DNA of 59,032 bases, filler included. It is 6 parts of 6 records of this genome, joined end to end, with 100 filler letters (N's around TTAATTAATTAA, not from the genome) between each part and the next. Parts side by side here need not be neighbours in the genome. Positions count along the whole stretch, not along the records: positions 14,891 to 29,475 come from SRR22947725_1530; positions 29,576 to 36,856 come from SRR22947725_1535; positions 36,957 to 46,439 come from SRR22947725_1539; 3 more parts are not named here. One strand, 5' to 3'. Below are positions 28,303-37,828 of this stretch, piece by piece. Below the pieces are notes generated by a model, which was given only the letters and a program-made list of their open reading frames with translations, ran no database searches and was not told where the DNA came from. The position numbers were made by a program, and so were the translations under genes. Numbering within the stretch: the stretch's first letter is position 1; the number at the start of each line of letters is the position of its first letter.

Positions 28303-29421
28303 TTAGTTGGTTAACAAATTTGATGGAGATGAATATTCTAGATTAAAAGCATCTGAAACACCTTTGTAGGTAATCTTACCTTTGTATACATTTAAACCAG
28401 CCAGATAATTTTTGTTTTCTTGAAGAGTTTTTTTATATCCTTGATCAGCTAATTTTAAAAGTAGGGGTAGCGTTGCTTTATTAAGAGCCATTGTGGACGT
28501 TCTTGGTACACCGCCAGGCATATTCGCTACACAATAGTGAACAACATCATTAACTAAGTAAGTTGGATTGGCATGAGTTGTTGGCTTACTAGTTTCAACG
28601 CAACCACCTTGATCAATAGCAACATCCACAATAACTGAACCACGTTTCATTGATTTTACCATTTCTTTTGTTACTAGTTTAGGCGCCTCTGCTCCAGGAA
28701 TTAATACTCCACCAACTAATAAATCACATTCTGAAATTAATTTATTAAAATCTACTTTTGAGCTATCTGTTGGAATAATTTTATCACCAAACTGCTTATG
28801 CAATTCTTCTAATCTTTTTACAGATTTATCAACTACAAATACTTTACCTCGCATACCTGTTGCAATTATTGCTGCATTCTCTCCAACAACTCCTCCACCA
28901 AGTATAACTACGTTAGCAGACTCTACGCCAGGAGCGCCTCCAATTAATAACCCTCTACCCTTTTGATTTTTTTCTAAAGAATGAGCTCCAGCTTGAATTG
29001 ACATCCTGCCAGCAACAGCACTCATCGGTGCAAGTAATGGCAATCGACCATTATCATCTGCCACTGTTTCATACGCTATGCAAATAGAATTTGATTTCAT
29101 TAAGCCTAATGTTAATTCTTTAGCAGCCGCTAAATGCAGATATGTATAAATAATTTGCCCATCCCTGATCATTTTCACTTCATTCATTTGAGGCTCTTTT
29201 ACTTTTACGATTAATTCAGCTTTTTTAAAAATTTCTTCAGGTGTGTTGATTATTTTAGCACCAGCTTTTAAATAATCTTCATTGGTAAATCCTGCTTCAA
29301 AACCACCATTATTTTCAACTAATACCTCGTGATTTTTTTCAGTCAAAGCTTTTACACTATCAGGGGTTAAGCCGATTCTATGCTCTTGAAGCTTAATCTC
29401 TTTTGGAACCCCGATAATCAT
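28303..29421 (-). CDS. ald: alanine dehydrogenase
   Basis: IGVPKEIK, KVKEP, YLHLAA, PMSAVAGR, DVAIDQGGC, HYCVANMPG. Confidence 0.97.
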   Translation of the reverse strand: MIIGVPKEIKLQEHRIGLTPDSVKALTEKNHEVLVENNGGFEAGFTNEDYLKAGAKIINTPEEIFKKAELIVKVKEPQMNEVKMIRDGQIIYTYLHLAAAKELTLGLMKSNSICIAYETVADDNGRLPLLAPMSAVAGRMSIQAGAHSLEKNQKGRGLLIGGAPGVESANVVILGGGVVGENAAIIATGMRGKVFVVDKSVKRLEELHKQFGDKIIPTDSSKVDFNKLISECDLLVGGVLIPGAEAPKLVTKEMVKSMKRGSVIVDVAIDQGGCVETSKPTTHANPTYLVNDVVHYCVANMPGGVPRTSTMALNKATLPLLLKLADQGYKKTLQENKNYLAGLNVYKGKITYKGVSDAFNLEYSSPSNLLTN

Positions 29422-29475
29422 TTATGACTTTGAGTAATTAGAAATACCTGTTCTTAATTTTTCTATAATTTCATC
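29422..29475 (-). CDS. C-terminal 17 codons of an upstream gene, truncated and translationally coupled to ald
   Basis: Reads DEIIEKLRTGISNYSKS*; its TAA directly abuts the ald ATG. Confidence 0.5.
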   Translation of the reverse strand, partial: DEIIEKLRTGISNYSKS

Positions 29476-29575
29476 NNNNNNNNNNNNNNNNNNNNNNNNN
29501 NNNNNNNNNNNNNNNNNNNTTAATTAATTAANNNNNNNNNNNNNNNNNNNNNNNNNNNNNNNNNNNNNNNNNNNN
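29476..29575. other. artificial contig spacer
   Basis: 44 N + TTAATTAATTAA + 44 N. Confidence 0.99.
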
Positions 29576-29737
29576 AATATGAAGCCACTCTGCACCTTGA
29601 TCAACAAACCATATGGCCTGATCAAGAGGGTTTTCATGGTAAACTGTCTCTCTTTCCATATCTCCAAATAAAAGTCTAACGCATTTTCCATTTTTTATAT
29701 CAATGGCTGGATATAAAGTGAATTTCCTGTATTTCAT
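29576..29737 (-). CDS. hisA: HisA, N-terminal fragment
   Basis: [15 protein letters not shown]...GAEWLHI; his operon context. Confidence 0.93.
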
Positions 29738-30285
29738 TTTTCTAATTCTTTATAATAATAGTGACCCGCAATATACTCACCATTAACAAATACTGATTTG
29801 GGATTAGAACCAGTTTTGACAAAACCTGCTTGTTCATACAATTGTATAGCTCGATGCTGTGTTTCTCTAACTTCTAAAGTTATGACTTTAAACCCATCTT
29901 TTTTTGCTTTTTCTTCTGCTTTTTCAAATACTGCTTTAGCCAAACCAAAACCTCGTGCCCATGATGCAAAGAAAAAAGTACTTAAAATACAAGAATGTGC
30001 TTGAGCTTCATTATTTTTAGTTGGTTTAATTAATTGTACAGATCCTGCTACAACACTATCTAATTTTCCAATTATAAGAGTTCTTTCAGGTATTAATAAT
30101 ACACCTTTCCAATAATTTTGTAGTGTTCTTAATGTAGGAGGAGATATCCAACCAAAGCCTCCTCCAGCTAAAATGGCTTCTTCTGTAGCGTCACAAAGTT
30201 CTTGTAAATCAACTTTGTTTAAGCTCGTACAAATTTCAGCTTTAACATTATATTTTTTTTTCACATTTTCTATTATCTTAACCAT
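29734..30285 (-). CDS. GNAT family N-acetyltransferase
   Basis: WARGFGLAK acetyl-CoA motif, [17 protein letters not shown]. Confidence 0.85.
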   Translation of the reverse strand: MVKIIENVKKKYNVKAEICTSLNKVDLQELCDATEEAILAGGGFGWISPPTLRTLQNYWKGVLLIPERTLIIGKLDSVVAGSVQLIKPTKNNEAQAHSCILSTFFFASWARGFGLAKAVFEKAEEKAKKDGFKVITLEVRETQHRAIQLYEQAGFVKTGSNPKSVFVNGEYIAGHYYYKELEK

Positions 30286-30304
30286 GTTATCTCTCGCAAT
30301 TAAT

Positions 30305-30964
30305 TTATGGTTTCCACATTAACCAGTTTGATATAAGTTTTTGGCCTGAAAAACTACTTTTTTCTGGATGAAATTGAACACCTACATAATTATCCTTAGC
30401 TATAACTGCTGGAATTTTATGATTATAGTTAGCATTAGCATATACTCTATTTTTTTCTTTAATTTTAAAATAATAAGAGTGCACAAAATAGAATTGTTCT
30501 TTTTCTGTTATGTTCTTTAAAATAGGATGTCTTTCTTCACTTATTTCTAAGTTGTTCCATCCCATATGAGGAATTTTATAATTTCTTCCCAAATAATCTG
30601 TACCGTTATTATTTATTTTTTCTATATTACCTTTAAACCAACCAAAACCATCAGTGTTTACTTTTTCCAAACTATACTCGGCCATAAGTTGCATGCCTAC
30701 ACATATACCTAAGAAAAGCTTATTTTTTATAATAACCTCATCAAATAAAACATCTATTAAACCTTGGATTTTTTGGAGCCCTTCTTTACAATCTGGGAAA
30801 GAACCAACACCAGGTAGTACCAATAAATCGGAATTCTTAATTGACTTTAATTCACTTGTAACTTCAACACTAAAGTTTAAATTATTTTCTAATATAGAAT
30901 TTTTAAAAGCATTTTCTACAGATTTTAAATTTCCAGACCCGTAGTCAATTATAATTAGTTTCAT
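30305..30964 (-). CDS. hisH: imidazole glycerol phosphate synthase subunit HisH
   Basis: IIDYGSGNL, LPGVG, GICVGMQ, PHMGWN, YFVHSY, QFHPEKS; start reset to 30964. Confidence 0.96.
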   Translation of the reverse strand: MKLIIIDYGSGNLKSVENAFKNSILENNLNFSVEVTSELKSIKNSDLLVLPGVGSFPDCKEGLQKIQGLIDVLFDEVIIKNKLFLGICVGMQLMAEYSLEKVNTDGFGWFKGNIEKINNNGTDYLGRNYKIPHMGWNNLEISEERHPILKNITEKEQFYFVHSYYFKIKEKNRVYANANYNHKIPAVIAKDNYVGVQFHPEKSSFSGQKLISNWLMWKP

Positions 30965-30965
30965 T

Positions 30966-31583
30966 TTAATTGCTCCCAGATAATGTACCTTTGGTAGAAG
31001 GAATATTATTGGAGTTTTGAGGATCAATTTTTATAGCTTCTCTTAAAGAAATGGCTAGTGATTTAAAACAAGATTCTAAAATATGGTGGGTGTTTGTTCC
31101 ATATAAATTTTCAACATGCAATGTAAATCCAGCAGCTTGGGAAAGTGACTGAAAAAACTCCCTAAATATTTCAGTTTCAATTTTTTTTATTGTTATACCA
31201 GGCAAAAAAACATTCCAGATTAACCAGGGTCGTCCTGATACGTCTATACAACATCTAGTAAGGCATTCATCCATTGGCAAATAATTAAAACTATAACGTT
31301 TAATACCTCTTTTATTTTCTAAAGCATCATTGATAGCTTTGCCTAAAGCCCAACCAACATCCTCCATAGTATGGTGAGCGTCTATTTGTAAGTCACCTAT
31401 ACATTTTAATTGGATATCTATTAAACTATGTTTAGATAATTGTTCCAGCATATGATCAAAGAATGGAAGTCCAGTATCTATAAAATTTTTACCATCACCA
31501 TCCAAATTGACTTTTACTTCAATGTTAGTCTCATTAGTTTTTCTTTTAATTAAAGCAATACGATTTTCATTGAATTTTGTCAT
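30966..31583 (-). CDS. hisB: imidazoleglycerol-phosphate dehydratase
   Basis: RKTNET, FFDHML, DAHHTMED, PMDE, NTHHILES, PSTKG; start could also be 31595. Confidence 0.96.
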   Translation of the reverse strand: MTKFNENRIALIKRKTNETNIEVKVNLDGDGKNFIDTGLPFFDHMLEQLSKHSLIDIQLKCIGDLQIDAHHTMEDVGWALGKAINDALENKRGIKRYSFNYLPMDECLTRCCIDVSGRPWLIWNVFLPGITIKKIETEIFREFFQSLSQAAGFTLHVENLYGTNTHHILESCFKSLAISLREAIKIDPQNSNNIPSTKGTLSGSN

Positions 31584-31604
31584 ACTTATATCCAAAACTT
31601 ATAG

Positions 31605-32063
31605 TTAAAATTTGTATTTGTTTCTAATTCTTAATAATAAGGCTCCCGAACCACCATTATTATTTGGAGCTTTTTCAAAGCTTATTAAATAATTTTTAAT
31701 CTTTTTTTCTTCTAACCATACAGGTACTTCTTTTTTCAAAACGCCTTCGTTATTTAAACCTTTACCAGTTATAACTAAAATATTTCTAAGGTTATTTTCA
31801 TAGGATTTTAAAATATAACTTTCTAAATTTTGTTTTCCCATTTTAAGACTATAACCATGAAGATCTATCACTCCATCAGGTTTGATTTTACCTTTTTTAA
31901 ATAATTTATAAGAATTAGCGATATTATTTTTTTTTATAGAATTTTTATCTTTTATTTTGACTTCTTTTTTTAAATCATCTTTCTTAAGATTTAGAGTGAA
32001 ATGTTCAAAGTTATCAATATAATCTTGCCATGATTTTTTATCCTTCTTTGATATAAAAACCAT
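31605..32063 (-). CDS. Smr/MutS2 domain protein
   Basis: IDLHG, LVITGKG, GGSGAL. Confidence 0.9.
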   Translation of the reverse strand: MVFISKKDKKSWQDYIDNFEHFTLNLKKDDLKKEVKIKDKNSIKKNNIANSYKLFKKGKIKPDGVIDLHGYSLKMGKQNLESYILKSYENNLRNILVITGKGLNNEGVLKKEVPVWLEEKKIKNYLISFEKAPNNNGGSGALLLRIRNKYKF

Positions 32064-32066
32064 TAT

Positions 32067-32699
32067 TCAAAGGCTTTTTGTTTCAATTAGAGACCAATTA
32101 GGATTTTCGTTTTTAATTTTTCTTTCAAATACCCATTCATCTTTAACAACTATTTCTTTTTCTTGATCACCTTCAATCAATTTATCATTTTTATCCATTA
32201 GTGCTATGATCTGTCTCGACTCAAATATAACATTTATTTTAATTAATGTTTTTGAAATTTTATGGGATAATATTTCATTCTTATCTATTGACTTAAGATC
32301 GATAGTTAATGTTTCTTCTTCCTTGTTTCTATCATCAATTGCATTCTTAAAACTTTCTAACACAGATGGTTTTATGAAATTTTGAACTTTCTCTAAGTTA
32401 TCGTTAGTAAAACTTTCTAAAACCATTTTGAAAAATGTTCTTGATCCAGATAAAAATTCGTCTGCATTAAATGACTGATCAATTTCTTTAATTTTATCTA
32501 AATCATTACTTATTAAATTATATTTTTCGTTTTTATCAACTGGTTTAAGTGGTATTATATTAGAGCTTTTATTATCTTTTTCAGCACCAGAGGAATCATA
32601 TCCTGTTTTGGTACCAAGAATATTTTTAAGTCTAAATATTAAAAAAACTGCTATAACCCCAAAGATTAAAATATCTAAATAAGGAAGACTATTTTGCAT
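32067..32699 (-). CDS. Tim44/TimA family protein
   Basis: N-terminal TM plus RLKNILG, 'FNADEFLSGS', 'DEWVFER...PNWSL'. Confidence 0.9.
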   Translation of the reverse strand: MQNSLPYLDILIFGVIAVFLIFRLKNILGTKTGYDSSGAEKDNKSSNIIPLKPVDKNEKYNLISNDLDKIKEIDQSFNADEFLSGSRTFFKMVLESFTNDNLEKVQNFIKPSVLESFKNAIDDRNKEEETLTIDLKSIDKNEILSHKISKTLIKINVIFESRQIIALMDKNDKLIEGDQEKEIVVKDEWVFERKIKNENPNWSLIETKSL

Positions 32700-32821
32700 A
32701 TTAAATTTTCCACCACTGTTAAATTGATTAAATAAACATTATACAAAAAATTTTAAAAATTAATATGTATTATTGTCAATTTACGTTATAAAGGTAAACT
32801 TTTAGTCAAAATGAGAACCAT

Positions 32822-33247
32822 ATGAATAAAGTAGTAAATGACGAAACAAGTAACTTGATAATATTAAATCAATATATTAAAGATTTATCTTACGAAAATT
32901 TTCAAAAAAATGGAACTCAAAAATTTGATATTAAAGAAAATAGTACTAATATTGAAATTAACGTTATCCATGAACCTTATGGGGAAATTAATTTCGGAGT
33001 AAGCATTAAGATTACTATTAATTGTAAATCTAAAAAAGAAAATAATACAGTATTTCATTTAGAATTAGATTATTATGGACTTTTTAAGTCAGAAAACACA
33101 AAGCTTGTTGATAAGAATAAGTTAGCATCAGAGGGGGCAAGAATTATTTTTCCTTTCGCCAGATCTATAATAGCAAGTGTAACTCAGAATGGCGGATTTA
33201 TGCCTATAATTCTAGATAATGTTAATTTCAACTTAATGAAAAGTTAA
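32822..33247 (+). CDS. secB: protein-export chaperone SecB
   Basis: QYIKDLSYEN, ELDYYGLF, IFPFARSIIA, GGFMP. Confidence 0.88.
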   Translation: MNKVVNDETSNLIILNQYIKDLSYENFQKNGTQKFDIKENSTNIEINVIHEPYGEINFGVSIKITINCKSKKENNTVFHLELDYYGLFKSENTKLVDKNKLASEGARIIFPFARSIIASVTQNGGFMPIILDNVNFNLMKS

Positions 33248-33951
33248 CTTTTCAGAGTTTCCCATATACTTTGCGGTATTTGTTTTATACTTTCTATATG
33301 TAATTTATTATCATTAATGTTAACATTAACTCTTTTGGGCGGTATAATTGGTTTATTATTATAAAAATTGATTAAGTCAAGAACTTCATTGTTATCATCT
33401 TTAATAGACTCATTATTATCCAAAAAATTTAGTCTTGTTTGTTTTCCACCAATTAACTCAAGATATACAAGTGACAATAACTTTGCATCTTTAAGTGCGC
33501 CATGTATAGTTCTGTTTGAAATATCTATGTTAAATTTACGACATAAGGCATCTAAACTGACTGATTGACCTATGTACTTTTTTTTTGCCAGTAATAAAGT
33601 ATCGATAACTAGATTTTCATCAATATCTGTCATATCACAACTTTTTAGTTCTGAATTAATAAACCCTAGGTCAAAAGGGGCATTATGTATTATAATTTTA
33701 CTGTTTGATATAAATTCTAAAAAATCCTCAGCAATTTCATGGAATAAAGGTTTATCAGATAAAAATTCTTGTGTTAACCCGTGAACCTTTTCTGCTTTTG
33801 GGTCAGATTTTCTTTGGGGATTTATATAAGAATGAAAATATTTGCCAGTTTGGATATGATTTTCTAATTCAATTACAGCAATTTCAACAATTTTATCTCC
33901 ATTACTACAATCTAAACCTGTAGTTTCTGTATCTAAAACTATTTCTCTCAT
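33244..33951 (-). CDS. dnaQ: DNA polymerase III epsilon subunit
   Basis: MREIVLDTETTG, HNAPFD, HGALKDA, ELIGGKQ. Confidence 0.96.
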   Translation of the reverse strand: MREIVLDTETTGLDCSNGDKIVEIAVIELENHIQTGKYFHSYINPQRKSDPKAEKVHGLTQEFLSDKPLFHEIAEDFLEFISNSKIIIHNAPFDLGFINSELKSCDMTDIDENLVIDTLLLAKKKYIGQSVSLDALCRKFNIDISNRTIHGALKDAKLLSLVYLELIGGKQTRLNFLDNNESIKDDNNEVLDLINFYNNKPIIPPKRVNVNINDNKLHIESIKQIPQSIWETLKS

Positions 33952-34565
33952 TTTTTTAGAACCTTTTCTTTAAAAAGAATTGTAGATAACAAAAAAGTTA
34001 ATAAAATAAAGACTGATATCTTCCCATAGGTTGTGTTTATTATATACGGTTTTTGTTCTTTTTTCATCTCATCAGACCATTGGTTTTCTTTTATTGATAT
34101 AAATTTCTCCTTAGTCATTTTTTTTCTTTTTAAAACTCTTTTCGCTTGGTTTTCCTCTGAGGTTAAAGCTAAAAAGATATAATTGCATATTTTATTTAAA
34201 CCAGTCTCATACAATAACGGGACATCCATACCTACAATATTTTTTTTAAACTCATATTTTTTTAAAAACATCTTTCTCTTTTTATTTACTAAAGGATGAA
34301 TTATCTTTTCTAAATTTTCTTTACATTTAATATCGTTGAAAATTATTTCACTTAATTTGCCCTTATTAATAACTTCCTTACTATCTGTTATATCAATTAC
34401 TTCAGGCCAATTTTTCTTAATTTTTTTAAGTACTAAAGCATTAGTTTCAATCAACCCTTTTACTACCAAATCAGAGTCATGAATAGGTATACCAAAAAAT
34501 TTTAACATAGATGCAATGGTAGATTTTCCCATTCCAATTGATCCTGTTATACCTATAATAATCAT
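33948..34565 (-). CDS. coaE: dephospho-CoA kinase
   Basis: IGITGSIGMGKST, LEKIIHP, DVPLLYE. Confidence 0.94.
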   Translation of the reverse strand: MIIIGITGSIGMGKSTIASMLKFFGIPIHDSDLVVKGLIETNALVLKKIKKNWPEVIDITDSKEVINKGKLSEIIFNDIKCKENLEKIIHPLVNKKRKMFLKKYEFKKNIVGMDVPLLYETGLNKICNYIFLALTSEENQAKRVLKRKKMTKEKFISIKENQWSDEMKKEQKPYIINTTYGKISVFILLTFLLSTILFKEKVLKK

Positions 34566-34857
34566 GATATGCCTTTTTTAAATTGTTGATAATATGTTAA
34601 TATAATTATAAATATTATCTTTATTGAAATTTAACTGTAAATAAACAATAATACTAATAACTTAAAAACATCTTAATAAAAATATAAATAGAATTATTTA
34701 CTTGTGGATATTTTATTTTTTTTACATACAACTAACACTTAATAAAATGATAACTTGTTGATAAAATCATAATAAAGTATTTATCCACAGAAATTCGATA
34801 TACATCAATAACAACTAATTTTACTTAAAATAATTAAAAGATAAAAATTGTGAATAA
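34566..34857. other. probable chromosomal replication origin (oriC)
   Basis: AT-rich coaE/hemE divergent gap with a perfect DnaA box TTATCCACA (34781-34789), TTATTCACA on the minus strand (34849-34857), and 1-mismatch boxes at 34584-34592, 34703-34711 and 34756-34764. hemE-linked origins are established in Alphaproteobacteria. Confidence 0.75.
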
Positions 34858-35878
34858 AATAAATAATTTATTTAAAAATAAAGTTTATCAAAAAACACCT
34901 ATATGGTTTTTAAGACAAGCTGGTAGACATATCCCAGAATATTACTCTATTAGATCAAAAGCAAAAAACTTTATAGATTTTTGTTTAAATGAAGAACTTA
35001 TTGTAGAAAGCACAAAACTCCCTTTAAAATATTATAACTTAGATGCAGCTATAGTTTTCTCTGATATTTTAATGATACCCTGGGCAATGAACAGAAATGT
35101 AAAATTTACAAAAAACGTTGGTCCAACTATGGATCCAATGTTACCTAATGAAAGCAAAATTATAAAAAATATTAATATTCCTTTATTATTAAAGCCTTTA
35201 GAAAATTCAATAAAAACTCTAAGAAGAGACCTGCCGCCGTCAATTTGTTTAATTGGTTTTTCAGGTGCACCTTGGACCTTAGCTTGTTATATGATTGAAG
35301 GGCAAAGTAGCAAAGATTTTATTAACACTAGAAAGGCAATTTGGGGTTCTAATGTATGGTTTCAAGAACTTATTGAAACACTAGTAATATACATTACAGA
35401 CAAATTGGAAATGCAAGCAAAAGCTGGTGCGGATGTATTAATGATTTTTGATTCTTGGTCTCATATGATACCAAATAACTTTTTCAAAAATTTGGCTATT
35501 GATCCAATAGCAAAAATAATTCATCTATTAAGATCCAGAAATATTAATATTCCTGTTATTGGTTTTCCTTTTAAATCTGGAGGATCTCTAATTAAGTACT
35601 CATATGAAAGTAATGTTGATTGTGTTGCATTAGATTGGACTGTAAATTTATCTTGGGCATTAGAAAATATAAATCCATCGATTGCTATACAAGGTAATCT
35701 TGATCCATCATCTCTTATTCCGGAGCATAATCCGTTTCTTAGAGAAAATGTTGAAAGTATATTGAAAAAAATGAAAGACAGAAAGTTTATTTTTAATGTT
35801 GGTCATGGTCTTACACCTGAATGTAGAATAGACAGCGTCAAGCAAGTCATTGAAATTGTTAAAGAATTCGAAATATAG
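34850..35878 (+). CDS. hemE: uroporphyrinogen decarboxylase
   Basis: PIWFLRQAGR, DAAIVFSDIL, GFSGAPWTLACY, QGNLDP, FNVGHG. Confidence 0.96.
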   Translation: MNKINNLFKNKVYQKTPIWFLRQAGRHIPEYYSIRSKAKNFIDFCLNEELIVESTKLPLKYYNLDAAIVFSDILMIPWAMNRNVKFTKNVGPTMDPMLPNESKIIKNINIPLLLKPLENSIKTLRRDLPPSICLIGFSGAPWTLACYMIEGQSSKDFINTRKAIWGSNVWFQELIETLVIYITDKLEMQAKAGADVLMIFDSWSHMIPNNFFKNLAIDPIAKIIHLLRSRNINIPVIGFPFKSGGSLIKYSYESNVDCVALDWTVNLSWALENINPSIAIQGNLDPSSLIPEHNPFLRENVESILKKMKDRKFIFNVGHGLTPECRIDSVKQVIEIVKEFEI

Positions 35879-35886
35879 GTTGTAAT

Positions 35887-36324
35887 TTGTATTATGATAT
35901 AATAAAAACATTACACTTACTTTCAGTTATTTCGTGGATGGTAGGATTATTATATCTACCTCGCTTGTTCGTATATCACCATGATACTAAATATGAAAGT
36001 GAAACAGACAAGACTTTCTTACTTATGGAGTTAAGACTTTTAAAAATTATTATGAAACCTGCAATGGTTTTAACATATATTTTTGGATTTTTATTAGTTT
36101 ATGACAATAGTTATGTAGTGAGTGAGGTTTATTTTATATTAAAGCTATTTTTTGTCGTTTTTCTTACTGTTTTTCATTTTTATTTATCTATTCTTTACAA
36201 AAACTTTAAAAAGGGTTATAGATCTAAATCTTCAAATTTTTACAGAAAAATTAATGAAGTACCAACTGTCTTAATGATTTTAATTATTTCTTTAATTATA
36301 ATTAAACCAAACCTCCAAATATAA
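35887..36324 (+). CDS. hemJ: protoporphyrinogen oxidase HemJ
   Basis: [33 protein letters not shown]; hemE-hemJ-rho order. Confidence 0.93.
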   Translation: MYYDIIKTLHLLSVISWMVGLLYLPRLFVYHHDTKYESETDKTFLLMELRLLKIIMKPAMVLTYIFGFLLVYDNSYVVSEVYFILKLFFVVFLTVFHFYLSILYKNFKKGYRSKSSNFYRKINEVPTVLMILIISLIIIKPNLQI

Positions 36325-36352
36325 TTCAACATTTCCCACTAAAGAGAAAAAG

Positions 36353-36856
36353 ATGCACTTAAAAGAATTAAAAGCAAAAAATCCAGCTGATTTACTTGAT
36401 TATGCTGAAAGTTTAGAAATAGAAAACGCAAGTACATTGCGTAAGCAGGATATGATGTTTGCTTGTTTAAAAAGACTAGCAGAAAATGATATTGGTATTT
36501 ACGGAGAGGGTGTTCTTGAGGTTTTATCTGATGGCTTTGGTTTTTTGAGATCACCGGAGTCTAATTATTTAGCTGGTCCCGATGATATATATATATCCCC
36601 AAGTCAAATAAGAAAATTCAGTTTAAGAACGGGTGATACAGTAGAAGGGAAAATAAGAGCTCCAAAAGATGGGGAAAGATACTTTGCTTTATTAAAAGTT
36701 GAAACGATAAATTTTGAAGAACCAGAATCTGTAAGACATAGAATAAATTTTGATAATTTAACACCCCTATATCCACAATCTAAAATAAACTTTGAAACTG
36801 AATTTGATCCAGAAAATAAAGATATAACTACTAGAGTAGTAGAAATGGTTGCACCA
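36353..36856 (+). CDS. rho: transcription termination factor Rho, 3'-truncated
   Basis: [38 protein letters not shown]. Confidence 0.97.
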
Positions 36857-36956
36857 NNNNNNNNNNNNNNNNNNNNNNNNNNNNNNNNNNNNNNNNNNNN
36901 TTAATTAATTAANNNNNNNNNNNNNNNNNNNNNNNNNNNNNNNNNNNNNNNNNNNN
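36857..36956. other. artificial contig spacer
   Basis: 44 N + TTAATTAATTAA + 44 N. Confidence 0.99.
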
Positions 36957-36958
36957 CA

Positions 36959-37828
36959 AATAAAATAAAAGATTTTTTTAAAAAATTACTGCCAAGTATT
37001 TTTTCTGCTGGAGTTATGCAAATTAATATTTTAGTTGGGACTATCATTGCATCTTTCCAATCTAGTGCCGTTTCATATTTATATTATGCTGATCGGATTT
37101 ACCAATTACCACTAGCTATATCTGGAATAGCTATTGGTACAGTTGTGTTACCTGTGTTAAGCAGAACGATTGCAAATGGAACAAAGGAAAAAGTTTCGTT
37201 CATTCAAAACCGATCAATAGAGTTATCAGTATTTTTATCTGCACCAGCCGCTGTTGGTATAATAGTGGGAGCTGGTGAAATTGTATCATGTTTATTCGGC
37301 TATGGTTCATTTGATAATATAAGTATTCAAAATACGTCTAAAGCACTTGTTATTTTTGGATTTGGCCTTCCTGCATTTTCATTACTAAAATTGTATTCAA
37401 ATTTTTATTTTGCTAGAGGGGATACTAATTTTCCTTTTAAATTATCGGTTCTAACAGTTGTCTTAAATATCTTGATAAGTTTATATTTTTTTAAAGAATA
37501 TGGTTTTTTATCAATTGCCGCCGGTACCACAGCTTCATGTTGGTTAGCAGTATTTGTATATAAATTTTATCTAAAAAAAGATAATTTTCATTTTTCAGAT
37601 AAAATTTTTATAGAAAGATTTGCCAAGATTATTGTGTGCTCTCTAGTTATGGGATCTCTATTATATTTTCAGTTTTTTTACTTTCAAACAAAATTTGTGA
37701 CTACTGACTTCAGCAAAGTCATCTATTTATTATTCATTATTGGAAACTCCATTTTTGTATACTTTTTAATGTCAAATTTGTTTAATGCTTTTAGTATTAA
37801 GGATTTTAAGTTAAAAAATTATAAATGA
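36959..37828 (+). CDS. murJ: lipid II flippase MurJ (MviN), 5'-truncated
   Basis: QINILV, SYLYYADRIYQLPL, FARGDT; frame open from the contig edge. Confidence 0.92.
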   Translation, partial: NKIKDFFKKLLPSIFSAGVMQINILVGTIIASFQSSAVSYLYYADRIYQLPLAISGIAIGTVVLPVLSRTIANGTKEKVSFIQNRSIELSVFLSAPAAVGIIVGAGEIVSCLFGYGSFDNISIQNTSKALVIFGFGLPAFSLLKLYSNFYFARGDTNFPFKLSVLTVVLNILISLYFFKEYGFLSIAAGTTASCWLAVFVYKFYLKKDNFHFSDKIFIERFAKIIVCSLVMGSLLYFQFFYFQTKFVTTDFSKVIYLLFIIGNSIFVYFLMSNLFNAFSIKDFKLKNYK

